Below, one piece after another: positions 1 through 8,116 of a DNA stretch of 33,562 nt. The notes below the pieces were generated by a model that worked only from the letters and a program-made list of their open reading frames with translations, did no database searches and was not told the DNA's origin. Position numbers and translations under genes: made by a program. The DNA comes from a virus. Lineage: Duplodnaviria; Heunggongvirae; Uroviricota; Caudoviricetes. The stretch lies in IMG/VR virus record IMGVR_UViG_2850808358_000004; one strand, written 5' to 3'. How positions within the stretch are numbered: the stretch's first letter is position 1; each line of letters starts with the position of its first letter.

Positions 1-57
1 GGTATCCGTTCTGCTGAAGTGTCATGGCGTTGATTTTACGGTGACTCTTCGACAGTG

Positions 58-83
58 AAAAGAAAAAAGGCCGCAGAGCGGCC
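58..83 (-). terminator. Rho-independent terminator-like hairpin (GGCCGC-AGA-GCGGCC at 69-83) followed on the minus strand by a T-rich run (complement of the A-run at 58-68)
   Basis: Perfect 6-bp inverted repeat with 3-nt loop directly read in sequence; T-tract lies 3' on the minus strand, immediately downstream of the leftward gene ending at 193. Confidence 0.45.
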
Positions 84-192
84 ATAATCACAACCCAAAA
101 CCAATAAGTTACATAATTATCAAAGAGTTACAGACACACAAAAACACAGCCAACCACAACAAATAACATAGATGTGGTCAATTTGTGGATCA

Positions 193-630
193 TCATCCAA
201 CAAATTTAGCAACAAATACAGCAACCGCCGCCGTGAAAATGGTTGTGCATACTGGCACAATAATGCCACTCCAACGCCACTTCGTATTATCATCAACCTT
301 GTCAAACCGCCGATTCATCTCATCCATAATCTTGTCAAAGCGTTTATCCATCGCTTCGGTAAGCTCACCCTTCAGGCTGTTAATGTCTGATTTGAGCTGC
401 TCTTTCAGGTGAGCTGTATCAGATTTAAGCTCACCTTTCAGATTCGCAATATCGCATTCAAGAGCACCTTTCAGATGTGCTATGTCTGCTTTGAGTTCAC
501 CTTTCACCTCACCAACATCGGCTTTAGTTGAGAGGTTTGTAGTGCGTTCAGCAAGCGTCGCAAGGTCGTTTCTTGTTAGCGATAAATCACCTTCGAGCCG
601 CTCAATTCGCCTTTCAAGTTTATCTGACAT
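193..630 (-). CDS. Coiled-coil protein with four to five 11-residue repeats and a C-terminal transmembrane helix (architecture resembles phage XhlA/DUF1640-type membrane-anchored coiled-coil proteins)
   Basis: ORF track 193..747; likely true start is the ATG at 630 (MSDKLERR...), preceded by GGAGG 5 nt upstream; hydrophobic C-terminus IIVPVCTTIFTAAVAVFVAKFV; repeat units ELKADIAHLKG / ALECDIANLKG / ELKSDTAHLKE / QLKSDINSLKG. Confidence 0.55.
   Translation of the reverse strand: MSDKLERRIERLEGDLSLTRNDLATLAERTTNLSTKADVGEVKGELKADIAHLKGALECDIANLKGELKSDTAHLKEQLKSDINSLKGELTEAMDKRFDKIMDEMNRRFDKVDDNTKWRWSGIIVPVCTTIFTAAVAVFVAKFVG
361..522. repeat. Tandem 33-bp repeats (about 5 copies) encoding the hendecad coiled-coil repeats of the 193..630 gene
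   Basis: Units read directly: tttgagctgctctttcaggtgagctgtatcaga / tttaagctcacctttcagattcgcaatatcgca / ttcaagagcacctttcagatgtgctatgtctgc / tttgagttcacctttcacctcaccaacatcggc, with a degenerate copy upstream. Confidence 0.7.
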
Positions 631-730
631 TCCGCCTCCACTACTGCCGCCATCGCCACCATGATAAAGCACATCACGCTCAGAATGCGACACACTACCT
701 GCTGAATTACCGAAAAGATTTCTTGCTACA

Positions 731-1231
731 TTACCCATTATCACCATCCTGCGCTTTGTCTTTCTCCAACCACTTCAGCACCGCAGACGTACGATAAAGG
801 CTCAGGTAACCACAATTCAGGCAATGCAGCGTGTAATAAGTTTTGCGCATATCAGGTATGCTCTTAACATCACCCAAAAAAGTATAAGATACATAATGCT
901 TTATGTTCTCTTTAATTAACTCACTCTGCTCCTCCAGGGGTAGGTTGTTAAAATTTTCTGGTTTCTTATTTTTATCCCAGCAAAGATCCATACTTTCAGG
1001 AACAGATAATCGCGACGATCCACATGAAGGGCAGACACTGGAGACCCCCTTCTCAGACAAGAAACGGAAGAAGATTTCTGGCGTAATCTCCATCAGCCGC
1101 TCTTTATGTTTTTTGACACGACTCATCGACTTCTTATTGATTTCATCAGCTTCTTCTTTGCATTTATCTTCTATATATTTCGATAGTAAATAGTCATATA
1201 ACTCTTTTTTTGTAGGTTTTTTTATTTCCAT
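731..1231 (-). CDS. Hypothetical protein with two CxxC pairs (CPSC ... CLNC; possible zinc ribbon), markedly AT-rich relative to neighbours
   Basis: 166-aa ORF, K/E-rich, start ATG 2 nt from the integrase stop; same strand as int and the coiled-coil gene; no recognisable catalytic motif. Confidence 0.5.
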   Translation of the reverse strand: MEIKKPTKKELYDYLLSKYIEDKCKEEADEINKKSMSRVKKHKERLMEITPEIFFRFLSEKGVSSVCPSCGSSRLSVPESMDLCWDKNKKPENFNNLPLEEQSELIKENIKHYVSYTFLGDVKSIPDMRKTYYTLHCLNCGYLSLYRTSAVLKWLEKDKAQDGDNG

Positions 1232-1233
1232 AG

Positions 1234-2210
1234 TTACATTCCTCCCAAGGGATTAAACCTCACCGCATCCTGCAAGTAATCCGGCGCAAGATGGGCATAA
1301 ATCATCGTTGTCTGAATCTTTGCGTGCCCCAGAATTTTCTGGAGCGTCAGAATATTGCCGCCGTTCATCATGAAATGACTGGCGAAGGTGTGGCGCAGCG
1401 CATGAACAGCCTGGCCGTCAGGAATATCAGGTGCGACCGTTTTGATAACATCACGAACCAGTGGATAATCCAGTGTTGGAAACACCAGCTTTCCGCCCCG
1501 TTTTTTGATCTTCTCAAACAGGCTTTCAGAGATAGGAACGGTACGGTTTTTACTGTTCTTTGTTTTTGAAAACGTGATTCGGCAATGAAGAACGCGACGC
1601 TGCTCCAGTGCCTCTACCTCGCCCATCGCGCCCCGGTCGACAGAAGGATTTCGACAGCCAGCCGTTCATCGGGATTTTCAGCCAGTGCATCCAGCAACTG
1701 AACACATTCAGACTTACTCAGATATCCCATTTCGCGCTCGTTAACCTTCATTCCTTTAAGGCCTTGAACGGGGTTATCGTTAAGAAAATGGCCGGATGAG
1801 ATGAGTGCGGTAAACATCGCGCTTAACGCCCCAATCTCTCGATTTATGGTGCTGGGTTGTATCCCCTGCTCTATCCTGTACACACGCAGCTCGGTGAGCA
1901 TCGTTGTATTAAGTTTATGCACGCACGGGTCATCCATTGCCTCACTCAAGCGCAGCAATTTAAGGTGCGTGTTATGCCCTGACCTCATTAACTGGCCGTG
2001 GTATTTCCACCACAAGTCAATAAGCACTGACAGCGGACGGCGATCAATGGAGTTTCCTTTCCACTCATTGTTATGCTGTTGCGCCAGCACCCACCGCTCA
2101 TATAAAACTGCATCCGATTTCGTTTTAAATTTTTTGCGAATGCGTTTGCCTTTACGCCCCTCAGGGCGCATGTCAAGAAGATACCCTCCCGGAATTGATT
2201 TTATGCTCAT
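1234..2210 (-). CDS. int: Tyrosine integrase (P2/186-type), interrupted by a single-base frameshift near 1615-1630 (possible pseudogene or sequencing indel)
   Basis: Two ORF-track pieces (1614..2210 N-terminal; 1234..1626 C-terminal) that together give about 325 aa; C-terminal piece carries HALRHTFASHFMMNGGNILTLQKILGH...MIYAHL typical of the tyrosine recombinase catalytic domain; frames join at ...STGARW / GEVEALEQ in a G-run. Confidence 0.85.
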
Positions 2211-2258
2211 TCGTGAAACCCCGGCGTTACAAGACCACCATGCCCCAGCGTTCCATGA

Positions 2259-2570
2259 TTAGCCGGGCTGTGTGCCAGTCTTGCGGGGGCTTTGTGAACG
2301 AGATGTGACATCGTACCCATCAGGGGAGAGAGCCGGGCTGATCTGCCCCGCAGCCTCATTTGTTTTTCCTGTCATAAGCCACATTGTGTACTTTTCGAAA
2401 TCTTTAGAATTAATTACGCGATCGACAACGCTTAAACCAACCTCTCTTTTGCCACTCTCATAATTCTTTATGGTTCCGAGATTTATCCCGGTAACATCGG
2501 CAAACTCAACTTGAGTTAACCCTTCACTCTTCCGTATCTCTTTCAGTTTTTTTTCATACCCACTTGACAT
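2259..2570 (-). CDS. Immunity repressor, P2 C-type (small HTH repressor)
   Basis: 103 aa; LTQVEFADVTGINLGTIKNYESGKR HTH; divergent from the early operon and adjacent to int, the position and size of the P2 C repressor; GGAGA upstream of ATG. Confidence 0.7.
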   Translation of the reverse strand: MSSGYEKKLKEIRKSEGLTQVEFADVTGINLGTIKNYESGKREVGLSVVDRVINSKDFEKYTMWLMTGKTNEAAGQISPALSPDGYDVTSRSQSPRKTGTQPG

Positions 2571-2662
2571 GGCAGTCTCCAGACGACTAAATTAATATCA
2601 AAAGTAGTCTACCGACGACTTTTTGGTAACAAATAACCACAGATAGAACAGGTTATCACATC
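2571..2662. promoter_or_regulatory. Divergent repressor/early promoter-operator (immunity switch) region
   Basis: 92-bp AT-rich gap between divergent C-type repressor and cox-like genes; direct repeats CAGACGACTAAA and CCGACGACTTTT about 34 bp apart resemble direct-repeat operators; exact promoters not determined. Confidence 0.45.
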
Positions 2663-2941
2663 ATGGCAGAGGTCTTGAATACATACGAACAGGAAGACAT
2701 TGAGCGTTTAGCGGCGTTCTACCCATACCGCGATGAGCATGGATTACCAATACTTGAAGAAAGCCTGAAAGATTACGCAAAGCGTACCAACCAAGCTGTT
2801 AACACAGTGAAAAGACAGGCTGACAGAGGTTCGATTCCCCTCACACCTGGTAAAAAGAACTCAAGACGCACAGTAAATCTCTTCGCAATTTTCCTGAAAA
2901 CAATCAGGAGCGCAGAGAAATACGTGCAGATGACAAAATAA
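2663..2941 (+). CDS. cox: Cox/Apl-like excisionase and early-operon regulator
   Basis: 92 aa, first gene of the rightward operon opposite the repressor; segment YAKRTNQAVNTVKRQADRGSIP is HTH-like, as in P2 Cox. Confidence 0.5.
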   Translation: MAEVLNTYEQEDIERLAAFYPYRDEHGLPILEESLKDYAKRTNQAVNTVKRQADRGSIPLTPGKKNSRRTVNLFAIFLKTIRSAEKYVQMTK

Positions 2942-2955
2942 CGAGGTGTCATTTT

Positions 2956-3294
2956 ATGCTGAAGCAACGCCGTAATTTTCGCACCGAAACGGAACGCCAA
3001 GCTAACCGTTTCGCTACCAGCGCATCACGCAGCAACATCCGCTACAGCCTGAGCGAGACGCACGCAACGCCAGATGGCCATACAGTAAAACAAATTGGCG
3101 AGCATACCTGGATGATTGAGAAAGCTGGAATAGTGGTCCACAAATACCCGCGCAATCCGTTTACCGGAAACCGCATTTTTGCTCTGAGCTGCGGCGACAA
3201 TCAGTTCGGGCAGGATTTCACGTTGTACGAAGCGCTACGCACAGTTGATCGCCTTCTTTACGGAGAAAATTTTATTAAACAGGCTGAGTTATAA
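2956..3294 (+). CDS. Hypothetical early protein
   Basis: 112-aa ORF with GAGGTG RBS, in early operon. Confidence 0.5.
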   Translation: MLKQRRNFRTETERQANRFATSASRSNIRYSLSETHATPDGHTVKQIGEHTWMIEKAGIVVHKYPRNPFTGNRIFALSCGDNQFGQDFTLYEALRTVDRLLYGENFIKQAEL

Positions 3295-3335
3295 CAGCGG
3301 GTTTATCACCGGTTATTTTTAACGAGGACTCCGTT

Positions 3336-3578
3336 ATGAGAAAACACACAGCAGAACAGGTAAACGAATTTCTGCAGGGATATTACTTCGATAACGAAAT
3401 TAATCCCCGCGCCAGAAAAACACACTTCGAAGTAATGAAGTGCGGAATATTCAGCGTCCGCAACACCCTGTTTTGTTCAAAAGATACGGGAGCCAGCGAG
3501 GACCTTAAAGAACTTAACCGGATGGCGAAACAATTAACGGATGGCATGGTTCCCGAACCCGCAATAATTACGGAGTAA
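3336..3578 (+). CDS. Hypothetical early protein
   Basis: 80-aa ORF with GAGGA RBS. Confidence 0.5.
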   Translation: MRKHTAEQVNEFLQGYYFDNEINPRARKTHFEVMKCGIFSVRNTLFCSKDTGASEDLKELNRMAKQLTDGMVPEPAIITE

Positions 3579-3583
3579 TCACG

Positions 3584-3769
3584 ATGAATTTCAGTTATTC
3601 ATTCAGTGTACCGGAGTCGTTATTTGTTATCACACTGATTGCAGCCGCAATGTTTTTTGCCATCTGCATACTGACACTTATTGATACATGGCGGGAAATA
3701 CGCGACAGACGTCGCCAGAAAAAAAACGGGATGCATACAACGCATTCATTCAGCACAAAGAAGACGTAG
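3584..3769 (+). CDS. Small membrane protein (single TM helix)
   Basis: 61 aa; hydrophobic stretch LFVITLIAAAMFFAICILTLI followed by basic tail RDRRRQKK; GGAGT RBS. Confidence 0.4.
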   Translation: MNFSYSFSVPESLFVITLIAAAMFFAICILTLIDTWREIRDRRRQKKNGMHTTHSFSTKKT

Positions 3770-3865
3770 AGCGTAAAGCACGCCGCCTCTTTAGTTAATT
3801 AACCGGTTTCGTTAATACACCGCTCACGCGGCGGGATTCGCACAATCTGAATAAGGGAAATAAAA

Positions 3866-4288
3866 ATGATTAATCCGACACTCACCCTCAAAGATAAAGC
3901 CCTTGCGGGCGCAATGTTTTTACGCAACTACGCCGCAATGATGGCTGACACTGACAACCCGATGATGGTGCTGTCAGTGGAGCCTCACCTTATCGCCGCA
4001 GACGCAATTGAACAGGTGGTACAGGAAAACACCTGTCTGAGAAATCAGCTTGCCACCCTTCAGACAGCAGCTGACCCGGCAAAGGAAAGTGCTGAACACA
4101 CCTGCCACACCACATTCATCAAAGGGACCCGCGTATGTCTGAAAAACAGTCCGCAGCAACGCGGAACGGTCGTTGACACCCGCACCAGTAGCCCCGCCAT
4201 TGACCGGGTTTTCGTCCGTTTCGATTCCCCCTTCGAGGAAGACCGCTGGGTAAAGACCAGAAACCTGGAAATAACCCCCGACAAATGA
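3866..4288 (+). CDS. Hypothetical early protein
   Basis: 140-aa ORF with AAGGGA RBS. Confidence 0.5.
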   Translation: MINPTLTLKDKALAGAMFLRNYAAMMADTDNPMMVLSVEPHLIAADAIEQVVQENTCLRNQLATLQTAADPAKESAEHTCHTTFIKGTRVCLKNSPQQRGTVVDTRTSSPAIDRVFVRFDSPFEEDRWVKTRNLEITPDK

Positions 4289-4461
4289 AGCTGATTATCC
4301 CTGCGCGACACCGCAAAAACCGGATGAAGCCAGGGGGAAAGCCGGAGCGGGCAGCAAGGGCGGCATACCGTCGCCTGCTGAAGGGGGACCGGTCACACGT
4401 GCGACGGCTGGAGCGGGTACCGCCCGCGTCATCAACGTCATGTACCGTTACCGGCTGTTAA
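4285..4461 (+). CDS. Small arginine-rich protein (58 aa), below the ORF-track size cut-off
   Basis: ATG at 4285 overlaps the upstream stop (ATGA); translation MKLIIPARHRKNRMKPGGKPERAARAAYRRLLKGDRSHVRRLERVPPASSTSCTVTGC read by hand; coding status uncertain. Confidence 0.3.
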   Translation: MKLIIPARHRKNRMKPGGKPERAARAAYRRLLKGDRSHVRRLERVPPASSTSCTVTGC

Positions 4462-4525
4462 GTCTGGACGAAGGCCGGACATGGGTACTGCTTAACCATA
4501 ACGAATACGTGAAGAGGATAAGACG

Positions 4526-5055
4526 ATGTTACAGATGAAATTTAAGCCCTGCTTTATTGACGCATTCCGCAACGGACGCAAGACCACATCCCTTCGCCCG
4601 ACGGGGTTTGATTGCTACCAGGCGGGCCAGGAGTCAGCAGAATATTTTCATGAAGACACCCTGCCCCGCAACATCGTTCTTCCCGATTACAGCGCCGGCG
4701 GTACCCTGGTTTTTGAGGAGGGAACCACATTTACCCGCGCATCAGACTTTGCCGGACTCCTGAAAAGACAGCCCTACCGGCAGTATGACAACATTCATCT
4801 GGTCACAGAAAACAAGAACGGCGAAACCGTGCCGTTCGCCGTGGCCTTCATTGCCGATATCGGTGTAATACAGGGCCGCCAGATAACCGATGAAGCGGCC
4901 GTCAGGGACGGCTTTAACCCTGAAAACCATCCCGCGACGAACTCTTTGCATTCATGCGGGACACCTGCCACATAGAAAACCCCAAAAACGAAACCTACTG
5001 GCGGTACACCTTCACCCACATCGTGATGTTGTCGCAGTGGAGGGCTGACGCATGA
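4526..5055 (+). CDS. ASCH-domain (PUA-like) protein, interrupted by a frameshift near 4930-4945
   Basis: ORF 4526..4975 ends ...DEAAVRDGFNPENHP then the C-terminal part (ELFAFMRDTCHIENPKNETYWRYTFTHIVMLSQWRADA) continues in another frame to the stop at 5053-5055; AGAGGA RBS. Confidence 0.5.
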
Positions 5056-5291
5056 AACCCGCCATTATCTGCATTCTGTGCGAGAGCACTGTCACCGGCG
5101 ACCATTACCGCATCAGGGAACGCCACATCAACCCTGACCGTTCGCTGCTGGACAACATCACCGGCCCGGATGATGAACGCGTGATCTGCCTGAACGACGG
5201 CTCGCAGTTACGCGTGCGCAATATCCGGCGCGAAATCACGCTCGAACCCACCCCATTCACACGCGGGAAAAAACCGGAGAGTGACGCATGA
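5052..5291 (+). CDS. Hypothetical early protein
   Basis: 79 aa, ATGA start-stop overlap with the ASCH gene and with dam. Confidence 0.45.
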   Translation: MKPAIICILCESTVTGDHYRIRERHINPDRSLLDNITGPDDERVICLNDGSQLRVRNIRREITLEPTPFTRGKKPESDA

Positions 5292-6250
5292 AAGGTATTC
5301 TGAACCAGCGCTCACCGCTCAAATGGGCGGGCGGCAAATTCAGTATCATGCCGCAGCTGCGCGAATATTTACCCAAAGCCGCCTGCCTGATCGAACCCTT
5401 CGTGGGCGGTGGCTCTGTCTTCATGAATACGGATTACGACCATTACGTATTGTGTGACAGCAACCCCGCGCTGATTAATTTCTACCAGCAACTGACGACC
5501 AACACCATGGAATTAATGGATCGTGCATGGTCACTCTTTAAGGATGGTGGCACACCGGAAGCCTACAAACGCCATCGCGGGGCATTTAACACCATCGCGC
5601 TGGCCACCGACAGATTACGCGGCGAATCCCTGGAATGGGCAGCGCTGTTTCTGTACCTGAACCGCTATTGCTTTAACGGCCTGCACCGCACCAACCAAAA
5701 AGGCGAATTCAATGTGCCATTCGGCAAACACCGCACACCTTATTTCCCCGATCAGGAAATGCGCCTGTTTGCTGATAAAGCCCGCGAGACACGAACCCGC
5801 TTTATTCACGCGGATTTCCGTACAGCCTTCACAATGCCGGCTGAGATCCGCCGTTTTTCTTCAGTGCACGGCGGTATCGCCATTTACTGCGATCCGCCCT
5901 ACCTGCCGCCGGACGGTAAAGAGGCATTCACTCACTACAACGGCCGGGCATTCACCCGTAAAGACCACCGTGACCTTGCGGCGCTCATGATGAACGCCTG
6001 GCAGCGTTACGGTATCCGCCCGGTGGTCTCCAACAGTGACACCACCGAAACCCGGCAAATCTATTCCTCGTTTGAGCTGCACACCCTGAGCGTTCGCCGC
6101 TCTGTTGCTGCCAGCAGCAGCGCACGCCAGCAGGCAAAAGAGGTAATTGGTGTTTATCCGCCAGCCCATAAAAGCCAGCTCCGGGACGTCAATGTGGGCT
6201 GGCCGTCTCCCCTTCACGCTCCACACCCCACCACGGAGATCATGCAATGA
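5288..6250 (+). CDS. dam: DNA adenine methyltransferase (Dam family N6-adenine MTase)
   Basis: N-terminal KWAGGK SAM-binding motif and DPPY catalytic motif read in translation; 320 aa. Confidence 0.9.
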   Translation: MKGILNQRSPLKWAGGKFSIMPQLREYLPKAACLIEPFVGGGSVFMNTDYDHYVLCDSNPALINFYQQLTTNTMELMDRAWSLFKDGGTPEAYKRHRGAFNTIALATDRLRGESLEWAALFLYLNRYCFNGLHRTNQKGEFNVPFGKHRTPYFPDQEMRLFADKARETRTRFIHADFRTAFTMPAEIRRFSSVHGGIAIYCDPPYLPPDGKEAFTHYNGRAFTRKDHRDLAALMMNAWQRYGIRPVVSNSDTTETRQIYSSFELHTLSVRRSVAASSSARQQAKEVIGVYPPAHKSQLRDVNVGWPSPLHAPHPTTEIMQ

Positions 6251-6558
6251 CCGTTATCTATATCGCCGGCCCCATGACGGGAAAGCCTGATTTCAACCGC
6301 ACCGCCTTCACCATGACAGCGACCCGCCTGAGGATGCAGGGCCATACCGTACTCAACCCCGCAACACTCCCTGACGGGCTGAGATACAGGGACTACATGC
6401 TTATCGGGAGCGCCATGCTGCACTGTGCCGATGTGATTTACCTGCTGGATGGCTGGGAGGACTCGCCGGGGGCAAAAGAGGAACACGCCACCGCCCTGAA
6501 ACTGAATCTGATCATCTCCACACCAGAAAGCCGTAAGGAGGCCAAATCATGTTTCTGA
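6247..6558 (+). CDS. DUF4406-type protein (nucleoside 2-deoxyribosyltransferase-like fold)
   Basis: 103 aa; N-terminal VIYIAGPMTG and DGWEDSPGAKEE motifs typical of this family; ATGA overlap with dam. Confidence 0.6.
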   Translation: MTVIYIAGPMTGKPDFNRTAFTMTATRLRMQGHTVLNPATLPDGLRYRDYMLIGSAMLHCADVIYLLDGWEDSPGAKEEHATALKLNLIISTPESRKEAKSCF

Positions 6559-7102
6559 AACCAATGGGGGACCAGGTAAAGCACCGAAGCACGTCAGTGC
6601 ATGGACACAACAGGAAGACGAACTGCTTATCTCGCTTTATCAGGATCACAGCACATGGCAAATGGCTGAACGACTTCAGCGAACCCGCAGCGCAGTGATG
6701 CACCGGATTCTTTTTTTACGTAATCGCGGGTTGATTGGTCGCAAGAAAAAAGCACCGCTGAGTGCAGAAGCCATCGCCTTTCTCATCAAAAACCGTCACG
6801 CAAAAACCGCACGGGAACTGGCCCGGAAGGCGGGATGCAGCGAGTGCACCGTGAGGTACACACTGCATAAACGGGGTTACAGCCTTAAGAAATGCGGCGA
6901 GAGCCACCATTGCACCAGATACAGCGATCGTCTGGCTGAGCTGGTTACGGAGCTACGCGACAGACGCAACATGACGTTCTGCATAATCGCGAAACACATC
7001 AACATCACGATGCAAATGCACATCAGCGATGATACGGCGTTTCACCTCTACAACCGCCGGACCGCCGCCGACGCCCTGTTGTACGAACTGCTGCCGAACT
7101 GA
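6549..7102 (+). CDS. HTH DNA-binding protein, N-terminus likely displaced by a frameshift in the G5 run at 6566-6570
   Basis: ORF track gives 6662..7102; upstream the same frame stays open and protein-like (SAWTQQEDELLISLYQDHSTWQ) but has no start; ATG 6549 has a near-consensus AAGGAGG RBS but is in a different frame; HTH-like segment TARELARKAGCSECTVRYTLHKRGYS. Confidence 0.45.
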
Positions 7103-7423
7103 GTGATCATCATGCACACACAAAAAAAACCGCTTGCCATGTCGCAATCAGTCAGGTTACATTTCCGCTGCACCTCATAAAACGGGTGCCGGGTTTCGCA
7201 GCCCGCTGACAAACATAGCGCACAACCGCGCCAGCGGTTTTTTTGTGCGTACTGTATCGCCACATCTTTTTCGCACACGAATTATGGTGGGGCGTACGGG
7301 GCCGACTTCGGTCGGGCCGGGTTCTATGTTTGCCGGTACTGCGAACCTCGTACGTCTCGCCACCCACAGTTTCGCAGCTCTGGATGGTGAGTTTTCAAAA
7401 CTTACACACATAGAGGCCACATC

Positions 7424-7654
7424 ATGGCAAACCGCAAACAACAGCGCGCATACGCTGCGCGTCGTCACATCCGGACTGAAATCAACCGCAGACTTTTCCG
7501 CGCATCACGCGTCGCGCAAATCATGCACATCAATATGCTGCATGAACGCAGCCACGCGCTGTCAGACAGCTACTGCGCCGCTGTATTCAGCTATCTGGCG
7601 GATGATCTGCACGAGCTTCAACAGCTCATCCAGCAGCAAAACAAACTCCATTAA
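7424..7654 (+). CDS. Hypothetical small basic protein
   Basis: 76 aa, K/R/Q-rich, AGAGG RBS; preferred over the overlapping 198-aa ORF 7134..7730, whose composition looks non-coding. Confidence 0.4.
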   Translation: MANRKQQRAYAARRHIRTEINRRLFRASRVAQIMHINMLHERSHALSDSYCAAVFSYLADDLHELQQLIQQQNKLH

Positions 7655-7726
7655 TTCCTGTTCCGGGCCTTTCCTGCACCTTGCGGCGGGAGGCCTTCGC
7701 ACATCTTTAACAAAGCGAGGTGCAGC

Positions 7727-8116
7727 ATGATTGACCGTCATGACTTCGTAAAATGGGTGCGCACACAGGACACCCGTCTGGCTCCAAAACTTCAGGCAAT
7801 GTTTGATTTCTATCTCCGTGCCCGCGCCAGCCAGGCTCGCACCACAAAACCAGAGAACGCAGGCCCCCTTTATTTCATCGTGGACGACTGTTACCGCGTG
7901 GACTTCACACCACACGGTCTGGCCCTGTACACCCTGACACCACACGGCGACTCCCTGCTGGCGTATTACAACTCCCCTGCCTCCGTGTTTGCAGCAATGC
8001 TGGCGCATCGCACCGCTGGCGGGTGTGCCTCGCTGAGTGAATACACCACTGAGTTTAACCGTCTTTCTGCCCTCTTCTCGCAGGAATGGCAACGCGTGAC
8101 AGGGTGTCAACCATGA
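7727..8116 (+). CDS. Hypothetical protein immediately upstream of the replication gene
   Basis: 129 aa, GAGGTG RBS, stop overlaps the gpA start. Confidence 0.5.
   Translation: MIDRHDFVKWVRTQDTRLAPKLQAMFDFYLRARASQARTTKPENAGPLYFIVDDCYRVDFTPHGLALYTLTPHGDSLLAYYNSPASVFAAMLAHRTAGGCASLSEYTTEFNRLSALFSQEWQRVTGCQP

Noticed and set aside
1615-1630. Integrase frameshift as a programmed recoding event
   Set aside because: No slippery heptamer; the shift lies in a short G-run like the other indels in the window, so an error or inactivating mutation is more parsimonious
7288-7363. tRNA-like element (77-nt segment with terminal complementarity and internal hairpins)
   Set aside because: Acceptor-stem pairing is imperfect, no T-loop GTTCRANYC-like motif and no plausible anticodon arm; treated as unclassified RNA structure instead
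7134-7730. 198-aa plus-strand ORF spanning the structured gap and the 76-aa gene
   Set aside because: S/T/A-rich composition without protein-like character, no RBS, and it overlaps the better-supported 7424..7654 ORF in another frame
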